NCBI RefSeq assembly: GCF_037042905.1
Contig: NC_087245.1
Coordinates: 18,106,001-18,170,000 of the forward strand
Direction: 5' to 3'
DNA length: 64,000 nt
Source of the DNA: Lytechinus pictus
Lineage: Eukaryota
Position numbers and translations under genes: made by a program. The notes beneath the pieces are model-generated. The model searched no databases. It was not told the DNA's origin and was given only the letters and a program-made list of their open reading frames with translations. Shown in pieces: positions 36,636 through 50,095 of this stretch (the stretch's first letter is position 1; the number at the start of each line of letters is the position of its first letter).

Positions 36636-38246
36636 GTAAGTTTGATATTTTTACTCTTTTTTTTTTGTTTCCCACCATTTTCCTTGCTTTGTTTTTTGTA
36701 TCAGTTTATGTTTTATTGATTGCTCATTCTTGATTTGCTACAGAATAACATTTTTATCTCTCTCTGAGATTTTATCATACAGGATATATGTTTTCTATGA
36801 TTTGTAAATTAGAATGTGTATGGTTCTGTGATTTTTATTTAAGTGAAAAAAATCTGTAGTTTTCTGAAAGAAACAAGAAAAAAAATATGTGGAAATCTTT
36901 CCAAGAAGCCCTTATTTCAATTCATTCTTTTTTGATATATTTTTTTTTACACAGTTTTGCTTTTTGATTGGAATCGTCGGTATACAGAAAGTTTGTGATT
37001 TGAACAGGATATTTCTTGCTTATTTTTCTTTATATTTTGAAAACTTGATTTCTCCACAATGTATCAATTTGTTATCTCTGTTAACAACAAATAAATTTGT
37101 ATGTCAGCACTTAGCAGAAATGTTAAAGCTCTCACAAGTTAACCATTTTGCCTCTGAAATTTTGGGAATAATCCTTGTGATTCCTTAGGACTGTACTATG
37201 GTCATTTTTTTCACTCTGATATTTTTACCAATATATTAATTGATTTCCCTTTCAACATTAGTGCTCAAGGTTGAATAAAACTTGATTATAACATTAGAAA
37301 CCATTTTGAATTTGATTATGAGAGTTGGTTAGGTTTAGTTAGAGTTGAATGATTTAATATACACTTTACATGTCTGCAGATGGGCTACATCAAGACTTGA
37401 AATAATGAATTAAATGTCTACCAGCTGCAGAATTAATGTTTGCATCGGTAAAAATGTGTCTTTCTCTGTGTAACAGGCTAAACATGAGTGTACTGTACTC
37501 TCTGTACATGTGTAGCTGTTAGTTGCTATTGTAAGCTATATATTATCTCAGCAAAAACAGAAGTTTGAATGATAACATGTATTGTTTTAGGACTGCAAGA
37601 GAAGATAGGCTTGAGAGGGGCCTATCCAAAATAAAAACTAGGGCTATATGTCGCCCCCCCGGGATACATTGACTGAGAGCGTCCGTTAGCATGTCTAAAT
37701 TATATGAAAGGCACGCACTTAAAAAATTCCTTCATTAGCCAATGAAAAATAGAGATAATTTTCCTGCTCTTTCTAAAAACTAAATTATAAAAGGATGTTC
37801 TTCAGACATTCATTTGATGGGACATTGAATTGTGTTATAAAATAAAGGATTCTTTCTTGATTTGTCTGTCTGTAGATGCCTACTATCAAATAATTGATTA
37901 TTACAATAATACTTCATAATATTAATGATACATGATTCTAGTGCTGATGTTCAATCTGTAAAACAAGAGCCCACCAATGGATGCTGGATGCTTTGGTTAA
38001 TATTTGCCGATGGGGCCATTCAATTTTTGCTACACACGTTGGCCAACATGTGAAATGGGGCAGTTTTCCTGGTGAAGACATTATACACCCTTGGTGTTAT
38101 GCATGCTTGGTGTTGAAATTGTGTCGAACAACAAAAAAAAATAGAAGAAAGTGGTGCATGGGATTTTTTTAGAAAAGGGGAAAAATAGGAGAAAGGGTAT
38201 GTACATGTATATTCATTTCAGTTTATTCTTAGGGCTACACTCTACA

Positions 38247-38379
38247 CACTGGCGTACCTAGGATTTTCCAGGATTTTTGTCAGGGGGGGGCAAAAAGGTC
38301 TGTCAAGCTCGTCAGGGGGGCAGACTGCCCCTCTGCCCCTCTGCCCCCCCCCCCCCCCCCCCCCGTAGGTACGCTAGTG
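38247..38379. mobile_element. 133-bp hAT-type MITE
   Basis: TIR CACT(G/A)GCGTACCTA with perfect 8-bp TSD ACTCTACA. Confidence 0.92.
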
Positions 38380-39856
38380 ACTCTACAGGATATCTTTCCC
38401 TACATTGGTCTGGATTTTTGTGCAATCTAAAATGTACATGTATGGTTCACACTTCTTTGGGCGATTTCTTGACAGGTACATAAAAATGTACTTGTACAGA
38501 GAGCACTTGAATTTGGTTTTATTTTGGCAAATTAAAAAAAAGCATTTATTTTTTAGGGGTGCTTTTGACTTTCAAAAGTATTTGTGCTGCAATGAAGTTG
38601 AGTGACCAATCAGGCCAAATTAAATTGTGTACTGTGTTTGTACTTGATTTTCATGTAGCCCCATTACATATTATGTATGCTTGCTTTTTGGAGACTGCTG
38701 TCTGTAGCTGGTAATCTAGAGGATATCCCGTCTGATTGAATGAATATGAACTTAACATTCAAATGTTTACGACCTGTGACATCCAGATGTAAACAGATTG
38801 CTTCATATGTCAGGAATGTCCTCTGCTTTTCATCTTGATATGTTTTGTAGTATATCTATAAGGGAGGAAGGGGAGGGAATGAAGAAGGAATTGGATGTGG
38901 GAGGGAGGGGTTGGAAAGGAGAGGATGGAGGGGTAAGGAGGAGGAAGGGGATAGGAAAAAGGGAAAGGATGGGGAGTGGAGAGGATGATACAGGGAGGGA
39001 AGGAATGCTAGGAGGAGGAGACTGAAGGAAATTGATTTTATTTCTGGGGTGCATATGTCATCAGACAAATCATTTCATACCCCTTTATATTTATAAGAAA
39101 AATATTTATATTCATCACATTCCATTAAAAAAGTGGAATATTAGAGGAATTCATTATGTACATACGGGTGAGCTGCTCTTATGTGACATCACAAATGAAA
39201 AATTCTTAAATTTCATAACTCTCTTTATGGATTTTCATCAAACCTTCAATTCTTGGAACCTAGCCTCCGAGTCTGGCCATCTAGAAGTGATTACCCACCT
39301 CCCCCATATAGAAATTGAATCATTGACTGTAAATTAATTACTTTGTGTACTCAAGCATTATAATTGGTTTATTGACCATTGGGAAATTACATTGAATGTG
39401 ATAGGGTTGAATTAACATAGATCACATTTCCATGGCATTGATGCTTTTTAGGATCTTGAAGAATACACTTTGCAGATATTAAGAATATTTGTAGGCCTAC
39501 TGTACATGCTTTAGTCTGCATCAATGTTGCAGGTAGCAAAATGGATTTATATGTACACAAAAGAGAAGGTAAAGATAAGAAAAACAGGCACAATAAAGCG
39601 GAATGATTAATTTGAAAGCTCAATCGTTTTCTATATTTTGTCAGCTGTTTTTAATCCCACCGATAGACCAGAGTGAAGGCCCTTCTTTCCAGTCCACAGA
39701 CAAATCAATAGTATGGCAATGTTGAATGGTCATAGCAGGTTTAAATTAACCCAATGACTACTGGATTCTGAGATTTCCATCGTAAGTTTATGCATTGATT
39801 ATGCAGGGATGACACATTTCCAGTAGGAGGGTGGTGGAATGGATTTGGACGTCACT

Positions 39857-40332
39857 AGGTGGTTTCAAACCGCCTCGATCACAAGAATCCCCGTTAAATT
39901 ACGAGAACATTTTTAGGCTAAAAAATACCCATTAATTATTCCTGCATTCACACCGCCCCGAAACATACCCTTCGGGGTAAATTCCTGAAGTTAGGAGCAT
40001 GCGCAGTATGGTCTAATAAGCAGGCAAGGCGCGAGATTCAAAACCACTAGCCAAGCAGCCACCCACCGCCCCCGCGCCCAACGACACGCTGGGCTAAAAG
40101 TTCCCGTAAATTGCTTTCACATTGCCAAAATACCCGCGACCTTGGAAAAATCCCCGCGAAAGTTCTCGTAATTTTGCCAAGTACCTACTATTTAGCAGGT
40201 ATTTTCTTTCGGGGAAATTACGCGTAGTTTGCTTTCACATTACCAAAATACCTGGTATTTTCTGATCGGGGTAAATTTCCCGATCAGAGAATACCTGGAA
40301 CTGACGGACTTCAAGGCGGTCTGAAACCAGCT
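39857..40332. mobile_element. PIF/Harbinger-like MITE
   Basis: TIR AG(G/C)TGGTTTCA.ACCGCCT.GA, 3-bp flanks ACT/ATT, internal GCATGCGCAG. Confidence 0.75.
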
Positions 40333-43300
40333 ATTATGATATTACCACCCACAAATTGGTGGTGGTATCATCACCAGAGTTTAGAGTACTACATGTTATC
40401 TACGGATCGTATTCATGTGTAATCTATCAGAATTTCATCTTATTTTAATTTTCAGATAGAGCTGAATATACATTTACAGAAGATTAAATCATTTGTTGTA
40501 TAAACAATATCTTGGTCTTTCACTTTTTAATGCCAACTATGCAAATCAACTGTGTGGTGGATTTTTATTTTAAAACCTCCATTTGTCTGTAAACATACAA
40601 TGTACATCAAATATGCAGCTATTTTTAGTCATTAACTTTTGGAACATTGTAATTTACGTCAGCTTTTCCTGGTGCTTCATAGAGAAAATGCAACCCCTGG
40701 GATTTTTGCAACAATGCAGGTGCATTTCGTTTTTAGAAAAACACTTAAAAATTGCCTTCAAACGCAATAGGGCCAATAGTTTAATCATCTTCCCGGATTA
40801 ATCTCTGGAGGTATTAATAAGCAACCATCAGTTAAGTTCCCAGCGTATGGTTCTAGCTTGTATCATGATATTATCCAAGTGTATCTGAAACGTGAACCAG
40901 ATCAATAACGACCGACGGCTGTCTACCCCCCTTTCCCCCTTAAGTCATCACATGCAAGATAGTGTAATCTGATACATAATTTGCATACTGGGTGCTGGTA
41001 CTCTTATACCATGGAATGAAAATAAAGCTTTCATCTTTTCAGTTTTACATGCTGGCGCACCAATCGAAAATAGGCCTGTATATTTCTCTTGGTAGTGCTC
41101 ATTGCATGTAAATATTGGAGTACAAATTTCCTCTAAAAAGGACTTGCAAGATCCTTGCTTATTTTGTTCATTCCTTTGAAGGCCAATACCTGTAAAGGTA
41201 AGGAATACTCTCGTATGAAATGGGGTTTCTGATTAATTGTCGGTGTGCACTGTGCAATATTATGGTGTTTTTTTTTTTTGATTGTTTTTTTTTTTGGGGG
41301 GGCTAATTAAATGTTCGGAAAGGGAGGGGATACATGAATTTGCAAGTACTGAAAGAAACAAGCCTCGTAAAATTATTTGAGCATTGACACGTAGACCTGT
41401 TTGATTTTTATTTAAAGAGTTCAATGCCAGAGGATTCTATGAAAAACAGGGAATGTATGCCTCCATGCTTTCCTGATATTTCCCAGTCTGGTTAATTTAT
41501 CACATGGACCTGCTTCCAAGATCATTATCAAGAATGATGATTAATGCAACTATTTTCATTCAATATTCTAGAAATAAATCAATCAAAAGATTAGGAACTC
41601 AACTAAAATATACATGTCTAAAGGGGAAATTTCTAGTTTGAAATGAGATTCTTAAATCACTCTGATACATTTCATTCAATAGTTAGCAGAAATTAAATAA
41701 AGTGAACATTATCTTTAACAAGTTTGAATAGAACTCTTATTATTTTCTTGATTGATTTAGATCAATTCTATTCCACTGTTGATCAGAGTGTAAGTTACAG
41801 ACAGAAAGAGTGAGGTTTAAAGTAAAGCATTCAATACGTGTGAGTCTTGCATGTGACGAACTGCTAATTTCATGGTAATCATTCATAAACATTGGAATTG
41901 GGTTTAATGATCTCAAACAAAAAAAGTAACTCTGCTGAAGGTCGCCATCCTACCAAAGTCATTCAGCAGCCTATCATCTTTTTGTCCTTTCTTTCTCTCA
42001 TTTTCTCTGCCGGCTGTTTGCTAATCAGAAAATCGTTGAGCCTCTCTTCACTTTTCACACCAGCCCGACACCTTGGAGGCGGAAGCAGGATTGACGATAT
42101 CCCGATGGCGTAACGTTGGCGTGAAAGTACAAAGACATGCCTGGGGACTCGTTAGGTTTTGTCAGAGAGGCTCGCCCGAGAGACCTGTTTGTCCGCACTT
42201 AATTTGTCTTTTTTTTTACAGACTGCAAGGCTTGATTACACAGCCGCGGTGAGGGCGATTTGATGCGTAGAATCGGTGTGTGCGGCGGCTGTCTCATTTC
42301 TTGTAGCTAGATTGCCTAATGGGAGAAGCAGAGCACTTGAGAATGAGGCTGACGATGTGACGGATGAGAGAAGGAAGAGTCTTGCCGAGTGTTGCTGAGG
42401 GAATCATACAGAGCAATTTAACTTTGTGTTTGTCACTGCCAATACTTCTTGCTGCATAACATTTAAAAAGCCTTTTAACTCCTTTGAGGACTTGTTTGAA
42501 GAAACAACAAGAAACCTTGCATTGAGTTTGAGTCCAGCCTGGGAATCGCAGTGGTGTAAGTTCAAGAACTTCCCTGTTTGATTTATTCTCCTAGTCTCTC
42601 GGATTGATGGAAACCGGTGTCTATTGAATCCTATATCAAGACACATGGAATGTTCTTGTCTATTGTTGATCTATTGTTTCATATGTGATCATCATACATA
42701 TTTTTGTATACATTTGAAATTTGCTATCTGGTTATGTACATCCATGCATCTTATGATGTTCAATAGGCATATTTTCTCTTTTAATGTTTCTTTATTTCTT
42801 AAGATTTTTAAACGTTTTTTTATTATTTCTAGTACACTACAATTTATGCAAATATAAATCATTAAACTATTAAAGCTAAGTCAAAAGCTATAAAACACAA
42901 AGATAAAGTGAAAATGAATTGAAAATCTTCTATGACAATATTAGGGTCTTTGGTAAACACACCTAAAAGCATGCTTGTCTGATGACAATAAAATGTACAT
43001 GTATACAAAATGTACAGATTGAATAATTATTACCTTTGTTGGAAATGAAGTATTGCATGATTCACCATGCCATAGATTACATTCTAGATGCAACATTGGA
43101 AGGTATTACAGATTACAGCTTGAAAAAAAAGGTGCAAGTTTTTGTTGACCTACATTCACCCCCATCCCTTCTCTGTGTATCTTGTTTACCATTGCTGTGT
43201 TGGAAATCTGAAAGTATAAATTCATTTTTGGTTCACATCCAAGCAATATGAGCTTGACATACTAAAAGCTTTCCATTCAGGGCCGGAAATGAGAATCCAG

Positions 43301-44044
43301 AATGGTCGGGATCAAATATTATTTTATTGAAATATAAGTCCTGCATGATGAATGAGAATCTCATATGGTAAAATTGGGGGGCAATTGGTCATTTGATGAA
43401 TAGTTCAAAATTGATTTCAGGGCTTCTTCCCAGTTACAACAGTCAGATGAATTCTAGATCTTGTCCAGTGAAACAATATTTTACACATTGACTACAAGTA
43501 CATGTATGCAAAGTGGAGTTTTTTTTATTTTAAAAAGATCTTAAAACCCTTTTGTGAAATTACCAAAGTTGGGAAGAATTTAAGAAATAATGTAGGTCTA
43601 AATGTATATTTCATATTCATGATGAGACTTTGAAAGAGGCATATAATGTAGGCTATTATATGTGTCACAAAAATAAGTGAGTATATACATTGTACTGTAG
43701 GTACAGTGATTTTGCATTTTAATTTTTATTGAAAATATGTTTTGGTTCTTTACTTTTCATGTGAAAATTAATTGAATTTACCTTTGCAAAAATGGAATTC
43801 ATGTTCTTGCTGTGTTCATGTACATTTTCTATGATAAAATGAAATTTCCATTTGGATCAAGTTTGAAATTACAGGTTTTCAGAAATGGAAATGACAATTT
43901 TGTGAAACATAAAAATTCAGTGTTCTTGTGAGTACATGTAGCAGTCCGAGACAGATTTTTCCTTTGATTCAGTTTTTTTTTTTGGGGGGGGTTAAGTTAT
44001 TAAAATGCCTGAACATGTACAATGTATACAGTCTGATCAGAATA

Positions 44045-45353
44045 GGGGAGACCGGGGTTAGTTGGAACATGGGGTAAGTTGAAACATTGTAATTTTCTTT
44101 AACGTCTTTAAATAAATTTCTGCAATACTGCCCTCAAGTTATTGTCATTATCAAGAGTCATCCACCATATTACAGACAACACATGTGCAACAAGCCTGGT
44201 GAAGTTAGAAACAAATTTTTGTTTTTTGACCTTCTGAGTAATTTTTTTCTCGTTCAGAAATGTTTGATTATCTCAGAGAAGTTTATAGATCAAGTTGGCC
44301 AGTTTGGGGGTATAATAGACACTTATACCAAGCTACAAAATGAGGTTATTAATATGCCATGGTGAAGTCCCTTTTTTGTGCTGTAAGCTTATAAATGTCA
44401 AATGGGCCTCCGGGGTTAGTTGGAACAAAGTTGAAGGGGCTAGTTGGAACATGTTCCAACTTACCCTAAACATCATAATCAAACATCATAATTTTTCAAC
44501 CAAAAGTCTTAAATGTATGATTTACTTTTGCTGGTTCAAATAGATTCATTTTATACTATTTATGATCGCAAAAGACTCCTGACAAAGTCCATCGGAAAAA
44601 AACAAAGTTCGGAAAACAAAAATACAAATGTAAAAAAAAAAAAAAAAAATACATAATAAATTACATTTTTTGAATTTTTGGTGGATATTTGTTATAAATG
44701 TGAAAATTGAAACTCTCACCAAAAATTAGCATTCTACTAGCTTAATAAATAGAGTTAAAGGCAAAAACATACCAAAAAAAGCAAATTTCAGGAAAATTTT
44801 ATATGCTTATTTGCATAATTAATTATGAAAAAAATATAAACAATTAATTTTTGTCTTATAAATTTGATGCAGAAGTACATGAAATTGCTGAGAGTACACC
44901 TAATTGCATGTAAACTCAAATGCACCCAAATATGCGGAATTCTACTACACAGTCTGCTTGTGTGAGTGGCTGTATAATAGAAAGCCTAAATTTCAATGAA
45001 TCCACACTTTAATATTTTGAACTTGAATAAGATAAAGCAAATAGGCTAAAACCATGTGATATTACAGTTTCAAGTAGTTTAAGTATAATTCTTAATTGAC
45101 CATGCAGTGTTCCAACTTACCCCATACCATGTTCCAACTTACCCCGATATGGGGGTAAGTTGGAACGTTTGCGATGGTCTTGTTTAAGTTGGATTTTTTC
45201 AGTAACCATAATGGAGTTAAAAATTTTATGGGGTACATTTGAAGCCCTGAGATATATGCTTCAAGCTGATATATCGATTGTTTCTCGAATAAAATCTATT
45301 TGGATTTTACAGCCATTTCTGTCAAAAATGTTCCAACTAACCCCGGTCTCCCC
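44045..45353. mobile_element. TA-TSD Tc1/mariner-superfamily non-autonomous element
   Basis: Perfect TIR GGGGAGACCGGGGTTAGTTGGAACAT flanked by TA, with internal GGGGT(T/A)AGTTGGAAC repeats. Confidence 0.92.
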
Positions 45354-45539
45354 TATATTCTAGAGCTCTAGCTCATGAGTTCTGTCGCTACTGTTTTCTT
45401 CAGATACATAGCTCTCATTGACCTTCTTAACAGAAGATGGCTGCATGTGCAATAAAGGATCAGTTCTCTGGCAATTGTCAGCACGAAACTGACATTTGCT
45501 CCAGAGTTGAACTTGACTGACAGAATGGCTTAGAGAATG

Positions 45540-45975
45540 ATAGAGAAAAGGGTGAGAGAGAGAGGAAGTATGGGAAGGGAGGGAGAATCAGAGAGACAAA
45601 AAGAGAAGAAAGAATGGAATTGTATTTTGATTTGTGAGAGTACTGAGATCAAAAGAACTTGTTACAGTGTAAATAGAGGAAAGAGGGGGGGGGGGGGGGT
45701 GGAGCGATGGAGAAAAGAGGAAAGAGAGACAAATAGGGAGGAAGAGAAAGGGGGAGGAGATGGTACTAAAGTAGAGGGGGAAAGAGAAATAGAGGGGAGA
45801 GGATGAAAGAAATAGAGAGATTGAGATATACATGTGCATGGAGGTAACAAAAAAAAGGAAAAAAGACTAAACAGGGAAAATGCTGTTAAAAGGTAGAGAG
45901 TGGAGCCACATTCAGTTGAAAGAAGAGAGGCGAAAATGGGAGTGAGAAAGAGTGACAAGGGGACAGGGGGAGGGT
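45540..45975 (+). repeat. Purine-rich low-complexity tract (similar tracts at 38860-39025, 48770-48960; pyrimidine-rich at 47900-48090)
   Basis: GA-rich composition. Confidence 0.8.
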
Positions 45976-48213
45976 GCAGATAATGGGAAAAAAGGGAATT
46001 TATTGTGGAAGCATTATGTGGCAGGTATTGAAAGGAAATGTTCAGAGGATATATATTTTCATATTTCCGCAGGGGTTGAATAACAGCAAACGGATAAACT
46101 CGGCATTAGACGGAGAAATAATGATGAGTGTGAAGTGGAGTGGAGAAGATGGAGACAAACATGTCTTGCCAAATTTCTTGACTTAAAGTTTTTCATGTAG
46201 ACATCCAGTAGAATTATAATTCATGCACCTTATATCCATGATGAATTTCAAGGGGGAAAAAGGTAGGCCCTACCCTTGGTTTTCCTGTCCGCAATGTAAA
46301 GTCCATTGATCATCATCTTGTTCGATCAAATCTACAATGGGTGTATAAATATTGGCTTCAGACATCCTGCCTGTATTTTGCTTCTTTCCTGAATACCACA
46401 AAATGCTGTGGTGACCAAACTTTTAGTTTTTAAGGTAAGCCAGCTCTCAAATGTTTTGGATGAACTCCAACTCATGTAGGTGTGGTACTCTATTCTCCAA
46501 GTTCACTCCCAGCTGTATTCTGATATCACTATCTTACTTCCAAGTGCAGCTTTGAATGTCACTTCTAATTACTCAAAGGTAGTCTTGAGGTTTCATAACC
46601 AATCAAATTTTCCCAAATAGTGGGGAAAATATATTTATTTGATTTTAAATGTAATCGATTCTATTCAAGACCACAATTAGATCTTGTATTGATCTCATTT
46701 GGCTATGTACATGTACAATTTGAATTATTCTTTCACACTACAAAGATTATTGACTTATTGTCTTCCTGATCCATTTGCTTGAACTGGTTTCTATCTATAA
46801 CTATCAGAATAGCCACACACTTTTTCTTTGATTTATTAGCCGTCAGCCCGTCACTACTCTCTGCATACAGTGATACGAATATGACCTGTGATATTTAGTT
46901 TGAAATGAAAGCTCAAGTCAAGTATTCCTACAATCTCCCTTTCAGTCTTTACATTTCAATGTATTCCAAATAAAAGTATTATAGATTGGTAATATTTTTT
47001 TAGAGAACATAGCTTGCAATGCTGGATGGGCGTACCTGTACTATTCGGAAGATTGTGCGTGTTTGTCAATTGATAAACCACCCAAATGGAAATGGAATAT
47101 GTATGTTTCATTTCCTGCAATCATTTAGCTCAATGCCTTTCGCTTATTTATCAAATGTCAACCAAATACATTTGATAGGAAGTACGCTATACCTTTCTCC
47201 AAAGTCCAAGGCCTGCCGATATTTTACATAGTGCATTGCCTGCTTTTTTCATTGCAGTCATTTATCTTCAGATGTCAACATAGTAGACCCATAAATAGGA
47301 AATGCCAGGATTCAAATGGAGCATGGGTTTATAACAAAGCATTCATATTTACATGATTATGATATTATTTGTACTTTGGAGATTACCGCCTCTTCAGCCT
47401 CATTCCTTATGACGCATTCTTTGTAAATATTATCATAATCTTGACGTTTTAAACAGATGTCATTGCTGACTCATTGATTTGGTTTTTTTAATGCTTTTTC
47501 CCTGTCAATACTAACTTGATTGATTGCTCCATAAACTTCTACACATTTGAAAAATCATTGTTTTACTGTTGACTGTAGCTCACTCACAGATCTACCTAAT
47601 ATCTCTAATTTGTTCATGAAATTGAAATGTTTTGATACTAAAAGACCCCTGGGGGAATGGCCTCAATGATTTACTTTTCCTCACAGTATGTCTTGACAGT
47701 TTCCTTTCTATTTCATTATCAGTATTTTCGTAGTTTTACGATGTATTCCAGACTGAGATCTCCCTACCTTCTTGTAATGCCAGCTCTCTGGCTGTTCAAT
47801 CCAGATGTATAATAGGCTGAAATAATTTTTCATTAAAAATCTTATTTAATTTCTGCAACAAATACATTAAGAAATTATCTACAGTAAACCATTTCTGAGA
47901 AGCCCTTTCTTTCCCCATCTACCTACCCTTTTTTCTCCCATTCTCCCTTTGTTTCTCTCCATCTCTCCTAGCTATTTTTCTATCTTTTTCTCTCCCTTTC
48001 CCCCTTCCTGTTGTCTCAACAAACTCCCCATTTACCCCACCCATAGGGTCCATGCCCCACCCATTCCCTTTCTTCTTTGTTCCCCCCTCTGGTCTTTCAC
48101 CACATGTGGTCTTCGAATATTGATAATATTTTATGTCTTTTTATACATGTATGTTCGAGTCACCTTTTACCCAGGGAATTGTTTATAGTGACAATATTCT
48201 GTTTTACCTATCC

Positions 48214-50095
48214 CAAGGCTCCACATTAACTTTTTTTGGTGGTGGCCCGTTCGGGCCACCAAAACCATCAAATAATTTTTTTTGGTGGCCCGATATTAAA
48301 ATTTGGTGGCCCGAAAAATATAAAGAAAAACATTAAAAATGAATAAAACAAACTTCTGAAATATTAATTCTGCAGCCACTACCACTAAGTTACTTTCACT
48401 TTATACATCTTGTATGTAAACCTTGTTTGCTGTTATTTTACTTTGCTAATTGATAATTGTTTCTATCGTTGTAAAAATGAAATGATTGAAAGTGAATAAA
48501 TGAATTGTATTGTTCGCAGGTTGTGTGGACTTTTTTTAAATCTCTGTATAGAGATAATGGTAAAGTAAATAAATAGTGCATAGCAAACTCAGATAGATGT
48601 ACAAAACAATGGTTTTTCCTTCCTTCCTCTTTGAATCCTAAAACCTAGATTATGCATGCCCCAAATCCAGTTTATTTCTGTGTTCTCTTTTGCAGCATAT
48701 TATAGAAGGCGAAAATCACAGAAAAATATGCTGCAAAATCAGAATAATGCATGAAAGGGGGAAACAAACGAAAATAATTTTCAAAAAGTATGTAACAAAA
48801 AAAGAAAACAAAAATAATAAAAGAAATTAGTGAAATAAAACAAAAGAAAGAAAATGAAGAAAGAAAAAAAAAAAGAACAGGGAAAAAAAGAAAAAAAGAA
48901 AAGAAAAAAATCAGAGAGAAAAAAGAAAAGAAAATGAAAGAAAAATTAATAAAACAAGGTTAATATAAAAATGGGGAAAAGGGGAAAATTAAGAAGCCAT
49001 TACATATATTTTTTAACAGCTGTGGCAACAGTCTATTCTGACTGGAATATAATTAAAAGCCAAGCAAATAATTTTCACTTGCCTTTTGGGAATGGCACAT
49101 TTCTATTTTTATATCCTTTAGTTTGTATTATTTTATTTTCAGTAGAAAAATATTTTTTAATCAGGCATATTCGATAGGAAGGGGTATAAATGGTTTAACC
49201 ACTGTCAAAAAAAAAGGAAGAAAAAAAAAGAAAACGGCAAAAACTATATCTGGAAAAAAAAGTGTGAGAAAAGTCCTTCCCTATATTTGCCAAAATGTTG
49301 GAAAAAAAAAATCACATTTCATATCAATGAAATGCCTTCCCAAAGTATTTACTTTCTCAAGAGTGGTTTAAGAAGTCATTTATAAACAAGAAAGAAAGAA
49401 ACTGTCTGTTTGTTTAAGGCTAGAAAATACACAGCTTCGAAAGAAACTAAGTATCAACATACATACAAATGCACACGTGGGACTGTGATGTACTTGCCTA
49501 TGTGTTTTTATGTGTATTAATTCATGTGGAAATCGGTCTTTTTGAGTCAAAAGAGAGGTCATAATTCCTCTTCTTAATACTTGCAAATAATCAGGGTACA
49601 CCAGATTTTCGTAATATAGACTGTAGAATTGCATTTCATTGGTGTAAAAGGTGACTTTGACTTAGATTTTCAAAGTTCTGTGGAAGATTTCTCATCAGCA
49701 ACATTTTTTATCGCAGCTCCCTGAGTCTGAATAGGCTGAGCTAAATCTAGAGCACAGCTGTATGCAGTGGCTTCATGCAAAGCTCACGCCAGCCGGCCGG
49801 CGCGGCTGGCTGGATAATAGCTACTGTATGCTATAGCTGTAGGCCTAATATGCAAACTTTGTGTGTGTATATTTGTGTGTAGATTAACAAAAAGGGCGCA
49901 TGACGAACTGGCTTGCAATTTGAGCTGTAGAAAGTTGATAAATGCGTGCAAAATTGGGAGAAAAATTGCGCTACTTTGAAAATTATTGGTTGCCCGATTC
50001 GGGCCACCAAAACTTAACATTTTATCAATAATGGTTGCCCGAGGTGAATTTTTGGTGGCCCCGGGCCACCGGGCCACCGCTAATGTCGAGCCTTG
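48214..50095. mobile_element. 1.9-kb P-element-like non-autonomous transposon
   Basis: TIR CAAGGCTC(C/G)ACATTA, perfect 7-bp TSD CCTATCC (48207-48213 and 50096-50102), GGTGGCCCG subterminal repeats at both ends. Confidence 0.85.
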
